This document shows positions 37,237-44,694 of a DNA stretch of 64,000 nucleotides, one piece after another. Origin of the DNA: Bacteroidia bacterium. GTDB taxonomy: Bacteria > Bacteroidota > Bacteroidia > M30B66. The first letter of the stretch is position 1. Every line of letters begins with the position of its first letter. The notes beneath the pieces are model-generated. The model was given only the letters and a program-made list of their open reading frames with translations. It was not told the origin of the DNA and did no database searches. The translations under genes and the position numbers were made by a program. Location: NCBI GenBank assembly GCA_019695235.1, contig JAIBAI010000003.1, positions 26,390 through 90,389 of the forward strand, read 5' to 3'.

Positions 37237-38334
37237 ATGAGTAATACTATTCAACGCAGAAGTTTTTTGAAAAAGGCAGCATTGGCTACCGGAGCAAGCA
37301 TTACCCTGCCGTATATTCTACCTTCCGGCCGGCTCTTTGCAGCTTCCGGCCAACGGATAGCCAACCATGTTGTACTTTGCCTTTTTGCCGGAGGGGTTCG
37401 CAATGTTGAGGCCATTGGGCAAGACTGTGGTAATTTATTGCCCGGTTTAATGGGCGGGGCTTTAGGGGTAGATCCGGCAATTGCATCCGGTATTGAATTG
37501 TTGCCTGCATTGCCCGAAAATTCAGTCTTATCACATGCCACTTTGTTTAAGAATTTCAGGTATAAGCAGGGGTATTTGGGGCATTTTAATGGGCATCTGG
37601 CAGCCCTAACGGGTCATTATTCTCAAGAGTCAGTCAATTCAACCCAAAAGCCTTTGCAGCCCACTTTATTTGAGCTTTATCGGAAGCACAGCGGCTCTGC
37701 AAGGAAAAATGCCTGGTGGGTGTCAAATTCTTTGGGGGTATATCCGGCATTAGGTTGCAGCAGCAACACCGCCTATGGGGTTGATTATCAGGCAGAATTT
37801 ACCCGGCCATCCGGCAATGAAACTGATAATTGGGGGCTTGGAACTGCTATGAACAGTGATATTCAAACGGTACTCAAAGCGCGCTCGGTTATTGAAGAGT
37901 ACCAGCCTGAGCTTTTAGTATTAAACCTTCAAGGTGCTGATATATGCCACAGCAATTTCACCCAATATTGCAACAACCTGCACAAGGCTGATTTTGCCAT
38001 AAGCAAACTTTGGGAAAGCATTCAGAATACGCCTGGTATGGCCAATAACACCATCATGATTGTGGCTCCAGAGCATGGACGCGATTTAAGGAAGAATGAG
38101 ATTGCAGACCAATTCGGGCAGTTAGGAATTGATCATTCAGGTGACAAAACTTCCCGTGAAATCTTTTGTATGATTGCCGGTTCGCCTAACAAAGTAATTC
38201 AGAACCAAATTATTTCTGCAACAAGTGGTGAAAGCATTGATATTTTGCCCACCATTGCCCACATCTTAGGCTTTGCAGATGATATATCAGCTGGTATGCT
38301 GCCAGGAAGGGTGCTTGAGGAGGCCTTTGTTTAG
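37237..38334 (+). CDS. Tat-signal protein of the alkaline-phosphatase/sulfatase-like metalloenzyme superfamily (function unknown)
   Basis: Twin-arginine leader MSNTIQRRSFLKKAALATGA. NLQGADICH, VAPEHGRD, GIDHSGD and IDILPTIAHILG resemble metal-ligand and C-terminal motifs of that superfamily. The assignment is weak. Confidence 0.5.
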   Translation: MSNTIQRRSFLKKAALATGASITLPYILPSGRLFAASGQRIANHVVLCLFAGGVRNVEAIGQDCGNLLPGLMGGALGVDPAIASGIELLPALPENSVLSHATLFKNFRYKQGYLGHFNGHLAALTGHYSQESVNSTQKPLQPTLFELYRKHSGSARKNAWWVSNSLGVYPALGCSSNTAYGVDYQAEFTRPSGNETDNWGLGTAMNSDIQTVLKARSVIEEYQPELLVLNLQGADICHSNFTQYCNNLHKADFAISKLWESIQNTPGMANNTIMIVAPEHGRDLRKNEIADQFGQLGIDHSGDKTSREIFCMIAGSPNKVIQNQIISATSGESIDILPTIAHILGFADDISAGMLPGRVLEEAFV

Positions 38335-38348
38335 TTTTACTTTATTGT

Positions 38349-38864
38349 ATGAACGACTGTTGTGTAAAATATTCAAATCATATCAGGGGCGGCAGGCTTG
38401 CACTGTTTGTACTGACAATGTTGTTTTTAGGTACAACGCTTCCGGCATGCAAAGGACTTCGGAGTGCGCAGGCACCAACTGTTGACCGCATAAGTGACTT
38501 TAAGGTGGAGGGTCTGCGTGAAGGGCAATTGCATTTCAAATTCAAAACCCGGCTGAATAATCCTGACCGACTCAGGTTTAAAATCAGGAAGGTAGAGCTT
38601 GACCTGATGTTTAACGGGGTACGTATTGCCCAAATTAATACGCATAAAAGAATGACTATTCGCAGGGAGCTAAATCCGGAAGCTGAATGGAATGTAAGTG
38701 CGGCTCTAAAGCCCCTGATTAGCAACCCTGGTAAGCTCATTGGCAGCCTGGCGATGGGCAAGGTTGATTTTGACTTGTCGGGCAGGATAACGATCTCAAA
38801 ATGGGGTATCCGGAAAACCCTTCCTGTAAAATTGCAGTTACCTGTAACTATACCGGTGCGCTAA
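38349..38864 (+). CDS. Lipoprotein with a LEA_2 (LEA14/NDR1-like) beta-sandwich domain
   Basis: Lipobox FLGTTLPAC. ISDFKVEGLREGQLHFKFKTRLNNPDRLRFKIRKVELDLMFNGVRIAQ fits the LEA_2 pattern (alternating strands, NPN-like turn). Confidence 0.5.
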   Translation: MNDCCVKYSNHIRGGRLALFVLTMLFLGTTLPACKGLRSAQAPTVDRISDFKVEGLREGQLHFKFKTRLNNPDRLRFKIRKVELDLMFNGVRIAQINTHKRMTIRRELNPEAEWNVSAALKPLISNPGKLIGSLAMGKVDFDLSGRITISKWGIRKTLPVKLQLPVTIPVR

Positions 38865-38867
38865 GCC

Positions 38868-40103
38868 TCAGAAATACGAAGAAATACCCAGGCTAATGGT
38901 GGCGCTCTGTTCAGGTGGATTGCCCAATAAGTCTTTTTGTAAGCGGTAACGATAGTTCAGGCGAAGAATTGTTTGAGTAGATGGCCTAAAGCCGAGTCCG
39001 GCGACAATACTACTTGTTTCATCGTGGATGCGCTCCGCTGTTTCGCTGAAAGTATCTCTATTGTAATCAAGGTATTCAAGCCGAACAGCGAGGTTGATTT
39101 CAGCTTGTTCCCAATGCAGGAAGGGCCTTTTAATGAGGGGTTGTATAATATCTACAAACCCGCCATGTTGTTTTGCGCCAAATTGTTGAGAATAACTTTC
39201 AGGTATTTCAGTACGAATACAAACCCATTCACCCACAATGCGTGTGCCCCATGATTTAATTGAGTTATTGTAATCAATAGCCCATGCAGAACAACGTCGT
39301 TTAAAATCAGTTTGTAAGCCACCAGCTTGCCAGGTATTGTAAATGCCAGTAAATGCTGAAACTCCGATCTCTCCAAGTTTGTTGTGTTTGCATGCAAGTT
39401 TCCCGTTCCACAAAATTTCACCATTTCCGTTGCCTGAGAACCTGTCAGGCTTGTTTTTTACAGCAGGTAGAAAGGTGCGACCTTGCGAATTTGAAATCAC
39501 AGAATCATTCAATCCGGACGTAATATATGTTTCATAACCGAACATCAATGAGCCCTGATACCATTTGCCGTAAAGCCCGAACCCAGGGTTGCTCCAGGTG
39601 GCGGGCAATAATTCTGTAGAGGCAAGCGGCCGGTCGGTAAACTCCCATTTGGGGCCGTCGTGGTTCTGGTTAAAAGCACCAATCGGGTTAAGTATCATAC
39701 CCCCACGCAGGTTTAACAAGGGATGCAATTCAAAGTCGAGCGCAGCAAATTCAATGGCAATATGTCGGGCGCCATCTTCGAACTCTATTTCGGTTAAAAA
39801 ACGTATACGACGGGTTATTGTTGATGAGAAGAACAAGGTAAGACGACGAAACTGGAATTGATGCCCCTCGCTAACACCATCAGTACCAGAATGTTGCCAA
39901 TTTGATTCAAGGTAACCGCCTATAGCTACTGGATAATTGCCGGAAACCAGATATGGCCTGGTATAAATAGCATCCATGTTAAGCACATTTGAGTCGGTAT
40001 CGGGAGTGGCTGTTCGAAACAACGAGCTGTCAACCTGCGCAACTAAGTGCTGTGTGCCACTTGTAAAAAAGAGGATAGGGGCGATTATATGTCTAAAAAT
40101 CAT
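38868..40103 (-). CDS. Outer-membrane beta-barrel (porin-like) protein, last gene of the DUF1111-Rieske cassette
   Basis: Signal-like N-terminus MIFRHIIAPILFFTSGTQHLVAQ, alternating-hydrophobic strands throughout, and a C-terminal ...ATISLGISSYF with terminal Phe. The start ATG overlaps the Rieske stop (ATGA). Confidence 0.55.
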   Translation of the reverse strand: MIFRHIIAPILFFTSGTQHLVAQVDSSLFRTATPDTDSNVLNMDAIYTRPYLVSGNYPVAIGGYLESNWQHSGTDGVSEGHQFQFRRLTLFFSSTITRRIRFLTEIEFEDGARHIAIEFAALDFELHPLLNLRGGMILNPIGAFNQNHDGPKWEFTDRPLASTELLPATWSNPGFGLYGKWYQGSLMFGYETYITSGLNDSVISNSQGRTFLPAVKNKPDRFSGNGNGEILWNGKLACKHNKLGEIGVSAFTGIYNTWQAGGLQTDFKRRCSAWAIDYNNSIKSWGTRIVGEWVCIRTEIPESYSQQFGAKQHGGFVDIIQPLIKRPFLHWEQAEINLAVRLEYLDYNRDTFSETAERIHDETSSIVAGLGFRPSTQTILRLNYRYRLQKDLLGNPPEQSATISLGISSYF

Positions 40104-40510
40104 TGTAAATAAATCTTGATATAGGTTGCATCTATTGCTGTTTGGAGCTTGCGTAAGGCTTCAGAAGCCGGGCCAGCCAGGACAGAGCCGTTTCGTTGAA
40201 ATTCACTACCATGCGCCTGGCAAACTAATTTGTCGCCATACAGTTGTAACTCAACACCTTGGTGGGTACATTTCATCCAAATGGCTAAAATTTTTTCGGG
40301 CTCAGTTTGGTACAGCAGAATTGGGAAGGCCAACTCAGGCTGGTGTATGATAACAGTTGCCGGAAGTTTGTCCATTGGTAAGTTGCTGCGTACAAGGTAA
40401 AGAACCCCGTTTTTGATGAGCCCTTGCCTACTTTGGGTAACTATACATGCAGGCAGCGCAATGCCTGCGGTGATAAATGTACATTGCCGGATAAATGTTT
40501 TCCTATTCAT
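40100..40510 (-). CDS. Small exported Rieske [2Fe-2S] protein
   Basis: Rieske ligand boxes CTHQG and CQAHGSEF about 17 residues apart. N-terminus MNRKTFIRQCTFITAGIALPAC is a Tat-like RK leader with a lipobox-like LPAC. Confidence 0.8.
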   Translation of the reverse strand: MNRKTFIRQCTFITAGIALPACIVTQSRQGLIKNGVLYLVRSNLPMDKLPATVIIHQPELAFPILLYQTEPEKILAIWMKCTHQGVELQLYGDKLVCQAHGSEFQRNGSVLAGPASEALRKLQTAIDATYIKIYLQ

Positions 40511-41709
40511 TACAATGATTCGAGAAAGCGAATAAGCGCCTTTCGTTCTTGCCCGGTTAATTTGAGATACCCATTTCTGGAGTTGCTTGCTTCACCGCCG
40601 TGCAGCCGAATGGCTTGGTCTATACTGCTAGCCCTGCCATCATGAAGTAAGTAAACCTTGCCCCCCTGCGATTGGCTTGCAAGCCCTAGGCCCCAAAGCG
40701 GTGTAGTTCGCCATTCTGCACTGGTAGCAAAGCCTTCTGTATAACCATCGTCTAAATCAGGCCCCATGTCGTGCAGTAGCAGGTCTGTAAAAGGGTAAAT
40801 TGTTTTATTTGACAATGCGTTTATCGGCGAAAGAGCTGTTTTCAGTTCGGGCAAATGACATCCGGTACAATTAATTTGGTTGAAAAGTTGTCGCCCCTTT
40901 ATTACTTCCGGGTCATGTATATTTCTTGGCATTGGGGCTTTCAGGGTTTGTAAATAAAAAACCACATCATTAATTTCATTTTGGCTTATTTCAGGGTCAT
41001 TCTTCTGGCCTGTATAGGGGTCTGAAGGTTCCTGAAGTGATGTGATTCCCATATCCTGATTATAGGCGCCAAGCGTCTGCTGAAGTAGACTATAAACAGC
41101 TGCCTTATGTCCAAACCGACCAATATACCTGTCATGAGAAGCTATGGCTCCAGCTCTTATTTGTACATAAGCAGGAACTGTATTCCAATGGGGGCGGCCT
41201 GAAATGCCGTCACTATTTAAATCGAAAGGGTCGGCAAACATTAGCAATGTTTCATCAGCAATTGCTTCAAGCAGCCCTAAGCCTGTAACTGCCGGAGGTA
41301 TAAGCTTTGCAAACGGAGCGCCAGAGGGTAGTTGCTCAGGTTGATAGCCGGGTAATACGCGGTGCTGAAGCTGCGGTCCTCCCTTTTCAAGCCAGGTGTT
41401 GCCATTGCTGTCGGCCTGCCCAAACCGGGTGAGTGTTGAAAATGGATGTCCTTTGCCATCACCTGCATGGCAAGAGCCACAACTTGTGGCAACAAAACCT
41501 GGCCCCAGACCATTGGCAGCATGGAAGTGTTTATCGTTGAAAGATTGGTCTCCCTTAAGGTGTCGGGTTTGTTCAAGTAGGCTTAACTCAGTGAGTACCC
41601 CATCTAAAATGCTGTTATCGGGCGGTGCTTCGGGTTGCAACTTTTCACATGAACCGAATAGTATCAGTAAAACAACAATCAACAGGGGTTTTAATGTCCG
41701 GCAATACAT
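40510..41709 (-). CDS. Di-haem cytochrome c family protein (DUF1111, so-called thiol oxidoreductase/peroxidase-like), lipoprotein
   Basis: Lipobox LILFGSC. Two CxxCH haem c motifs (CGSCH and CTGCH), GRFGHKAAV (the family GRFGWKA-type motif) and TTPLWGLG. Confidence 0.8.
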   Translation of the reverse strand: MYCRTLKPLLIVVLLILFGSCEKLQPEAPPDNSILDGVLTELSLLEQTRHLKGDQSFNDKHFHAANGLGPGFVATSCGSCHAGDGKGHPFSTLTRFGQADSNGNTWLEKGGPQLQHRVLPGYQPEQLPSGAPFAKLIPPAVTGLGLLEAIADETLLMFADPFDLNSDGISGRPHWNTVPAYVQIRAGAIASHDRYIGRFGHKAAVYSLLQQTLGAYNQDMGITSLQEPSDPYTGQKNDPEISQNEINDVVFYLQTLKAPMPRNIHDPEVIKGRQLFNQINCTGCHLPELKTALSPINALSNKTIYPFTDLLLHDMGPDLDDGYTEGFATSAEWRTTPLWGLGLASQSQGGKVYLLHDGRASSIDQAIRLHGGEASNSRNGYLKLTGQERKALIRFLESL

Positions 41710-41723
41710 ATAAATTATTGTTG

Positions 41724-41731
41724 CAAAAATA
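41724..41731 (-). promoter_or_regulatory. Candidate Bacteroidota -7 promoter box (TATTTTTG) for the DUF1111-Rieske-barrel operon
   Basis: Minus strand reads ATTG-N19-TATTTTTG-N14-ATG. This matches the TAnnTTTG consensus with a TTG 19 nt upstream. It is motif-only evidence. Confidence 0.3.
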
Positions 41732-41836
41732 AAAAGTTAGACAAATGTAACAATATTAATATATGCGTAAAACAAATCCTGTTGACTATCCAGATAATGC
41801 TAAGACAAAACAGCGTTTTTCTGAAAGTGTGCTCAC

Positions 41837-42727
41837 TTATTCCGCTGATTTCTTCCCCCTGACCATGCGTTCAATTTCGTCCCACATCGGTGCGGGAATA
41901 TGCTCAAGGTTATTGAATTCACCGGCGCCCTGCAACCATTCACCTCCATCAATGGTGATGACTTCTCCGTTGATATAGGAGGCAAAGTCGGAGATAAGGA
42001 AGGAGGCCAGGTTCCCTAGCTCCTCATGTTCTCCGAAGCGTTTGAGGGGAATCCGGCTGAGGGGGTCAATTTTCTTGCTGATATTTTCAGGGAAGAGCCG
42101 GCTCCATGCTCCTGCGGTGGGGAAGGGGCCGGGGGCAATAGCTACCGAACGGATACCGTATTTTGCCCATTCTACCGCCAAACTTCTGGTAAGTGCGAGC
42201 ACGCCTGCTTTGGCACAGGCCGATGGCACCACGTAAGCCGAACCCGTCCATGAATAAGTAGTGACGATATTCAGGAACACACCCGTGCGGTTATTGGCTA
42301 TCCAGTGTTTTCCGGCGGCGAGTGTACTGTTGTAGGTGCCTTTAAGAACAATATCAATGATTGTATCGAAGGCCCGGTGACTAAGGCGTTCTGTGGGGCT
42401 GATAAAGTTGCCTGCTGCATTATTCAGCCAAACATTCACAGGGCCGATAAGTGCTTCAGCTTTTGCCAATGTGGCTTCTACCTGCTCCATTATTCTGACA
42501 TCACAGACGGCGTATTCGATGGTTCCGCCGGTTGCCTGGCGCAATTCTTCGCATGTTTTTTGCAGTACCTCCTCTTTACGACTGGTGATCAAAACACGTG
42601 CACCCAGTTTAAGAAAAGTTGTGGCCATAGATTTGCCTAGCCCGGTGCCACCTCCGGTAATTACGATTGATTTCCCTTGCAGGGCATTGTCGCGAAGTAA
42701 TAATGATAGATCAGGCTTGTTGTTCAT
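41837..42727 (-). CDS. SDR-family oxidoreductase (2,4-dienoyl-CoA reductase-like subgroup)
   Basis: GKSIVITGGGTGLGKSMA (TGxxxGxG), NNAAGNF, and a C-terminal GEVITIDGGEWL. Confidence 0.8.
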   Translation of the reverse strand: MNNKPDLSLLLRDNALQGKSIVITGGGTGLGKSMATTFLKLGARVLITSRKEEVLQKTCEELRQATGGTIEYAVCDVRIMEQVEATLAKAEALIGPVNVWLNNAAGNFISPTERLSHRAFDTIIDIVLKGTYNSTLAAGKHWIANNRTGVFLNIVTTYSWTGSAYVVPSACAKAGVLALTRSLAVEWAKYGIRSVAIAPGPFPTAGAWSRLFPENISKKIDPLSRIPLKRFGEHEELGNLASFLISDFASYINGEVITIDGGEWLQGAGEFNNLEHIPAPMWDEIERMVRGKKSAE

Positions 42728-43523
42728 GGTTGAGGTTTTTTGCTTCGTTCCAGTATTTGTCCATCTCCTCGAGGCTCATTTGGTCAAGCTTTTTCCCATC
42801 ACGTGCGGAGGCTGATTCGAGGTAATTGAAACGTTGAATGAATTTGCGATTTGTTTTTTCGAGGGCATTTTCCGGGTTGATATTTTTAAACCGGGCGAAA
42901 TTGATTAGTGAAAACAGCAGGTCGCCAAATTCTTCCTCCATTTTTTCAGTTTGACCACGATCGGCTTCTACTTTAAACTCGTGTAATTCTTCCTGCACTT
43001 TATCCCATACCTGTGCTTCATGATCCCAATCAAAACCAACACCTCTTGCCTTTTCCTGTATCCGGGAAGCCTTCACCATCGCAGGCAATGAAAGAGGTAC
43101 ACCAGATAATGTGGAGCGGTTTCCCTCTTTGAGTTTGAGTTTTTCCCAGTTTTCTTTCACCTGCTTTTCGTTTTCAACCTTAACATCTCCGTATATATGT
43201 GGGTGTCTGAAAATGAGTTTCTCACACAGACCATGAATCAGACTGGCTATGTCGAAGTCACCGGTTTCTGAACCGATCCGGGCATAAAAAACAATATGCA
43301 GGAGCATGTCGCCAAGTTCTTTGCTGATTTCCTGCTTGTTGCCCGCCAGGATAGCATCACCCAGTTCGTAAGTTTCTTCGATGGTCAGATGACGAAGTGA
43401 TTCGAGGGTTTGCTTCTGGTCCCAGGGGCATTTCTCACGCAGTTCATCCATGATGACCAACAAACGTGCAAAAGCGTCTTTTTTCTCTTCAAGTGTATGC
43501 ATGGTATTCACAGGCTGTTTCAC
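42711..43523 (-). CDS. mazG: Nucleoside triphosphate pyrophosphohydrolase MazG
   Basis: Tandem MazG domains: LREKCPWDQKQTLESLRHLTIEETYELGDAI, ELGDMLLHIVFYA, and a second EEFGDLLFSLINFAR. Confidence 0.88.
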   Translation of the reverse strand: MKQPVNTMHTLEEKKDAFARLLVIMDELREKCPWDQKQTLESLRHLTIEETYELGDAILAGNKQEISKELGDMLLHIVFYARIGSETGDFDIASLIHGLCEKLIFRHPHIYGDVKVENEKQVKENWEKLKLKEGNRSTLSGVPLSLPAMVKASRIQEKARGVGFDWDHEAQVWDKVQEELHEFKVEADRGQTEKMEEEFGDLLFSLINFARFKNINPENALEKTNRKFIQRFNYLESASARDGKKLDQMSLEEMDKYWNEAKNLNHEQQA

Positions 43524-43536
43524 GTAATTTGTCCGG

Positions 43537-44649
43537 ATGTTTATGCCGGAAAAATGCAGCCAAAGGCAAAGGTATTACAAAGCAATTGTTTTGCTGTGCC
43601 TGGGCATGGTGAATTGTGTTTTGGTAAAGGGGCAAACGATGACCTTTCCAAATGCTGCCGGACTGCAATTTCAGAGAGGTTTTATTTTTCAGCATAAAGT
43701 TGATATGGATCAGGTGGTAACAGGCCATATCAGTGGTTGGGAGCTGTTTTATCAGCGGCAACATACAGGAGAGAAACCCTGGGAATATTTTTACAATTTT
43801 CCGCAGACAGGTGTGGCAGTACAGTATCTTGATTTCGACAACAACATTTTAGGCAAAGCTTTTGCGGTGAACCCGTATATCAGTTTCCCGCTGAAACGCA
43901 CGCAGCATTTTGAGTGGCATTTCAGACTTGCCAGTGGCCTAGGTGTTTTTACGAAGGTGTTCGATTTGCAAACCAACCGTAAAAACAGCATTATCGGGTC
44001 GCGTATCACAGGTAGCGTACAGTTTATGATGCAGGCAAAGTGGAAGTTCTCGTCATGGGCTGAGTTAACCGGAGGTTTATCGTTCGGGCATTTTTCAAAT
44101 GGGGCATGGAAGGTGCCCAATGCCGGAATCAATTATCCGGGGCTCAATATTGGCTTGACCATCCATGCCGGTCAGCCACTTGCCATGAAATTACAATCAT
44201 TTGCAGTGGTGCCCAAAGGCTGGTCGTTTTTAGTGTGGACGGGTTGGTTTGGCAAAGAAACCGACCCGGTGTTATCTGGGAAATACCTCGCCGGTACGCT
44301 GTCATTGAATGTCTTAAAACGTCATTCGGGAAAAGGCTCTTTTGGTGCGGCAATTGACCTGATGGCTGATGGCACTTTAAAGAAACGCCGTGACGATGAT
44401 ATGCCGGAAACTCCTATGCGTATTGGGGTTGCAGGTTTGTATGAGTTTCATTTCGGCAAGCTAAGTTTGCCTGTTCAGTTGGGGGCTTATGTTTATGACC
44501 CATTCAGGTTTGATTTCCCGGTGTATCAGCGCATAGGATGGCGGTATAAAATACATCCGAGCTGGCTTTTGAACATGACACTCAAGGCGCATTTGAACAA
44601 GGCAGATTACTTAGAATTGGGAGTAGGCTATGTTTTTGGAAAGCGGTAA
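43537..44649 (+). CDS. Outer-membrane acyloxyacyl hydrolase (PagL-like lipid A deacylase family)
   Basis: Signal-like N-terminus, beta-rich sequence, and LSFGHFSNGAWKVPNAGIN containing the H.SNG motif I recall for PagL-type deacylases. Confidence 0.55.
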   Translation: MFMPEKCSQRQRYYKAIVLLCLGMVNCVLVKGQTMTFPNAAGLQFQRGFIFQHKVDMDQVVTGHISGWELFYQRQHTGEKPWEYFYNFPQTGVAVQYLDFDNNILGKAFAVNPYISFPLKRTQHFEWHFRLASGLGVFTKVFDLQTNRKNSIIGSRITGSVQFMMQAKWKFSSWAELTGGLSFGHFSNGAWKVPNAGINYPGLNIGLTIHAGQPLAMKLQSFAVVPKGWSFLVWTGWFGKETDPVLSGKYLAGTLSLNVLKRHSGKGSFGAAIDLMADGTLKKRRDDDMPETPMRIGVAGLYEFHFGKLSLPVQLGAYVYDPFRFDFPVYQRIGWRYKIHPSWLLNMTLKAHLNKADYLELGVGYVFGKR

Positions 44650-44694
44650 TTTTGCGACCGTTAAACAAGAACCACTCTGCAACGAAATTTCTTT

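Noticed and set aside
37251-44353. Other embedded or antisense ORFs listed in the track (for example 37251..37541, 38378..38761, 39152..39424, 41277..41576, 42305..42815 and 43791..44132)
   Set aside because: Each lies inside a longer ORF that has recognisable family motifs, a signal peptide or coupled start/stop context. None has motifs of its own.
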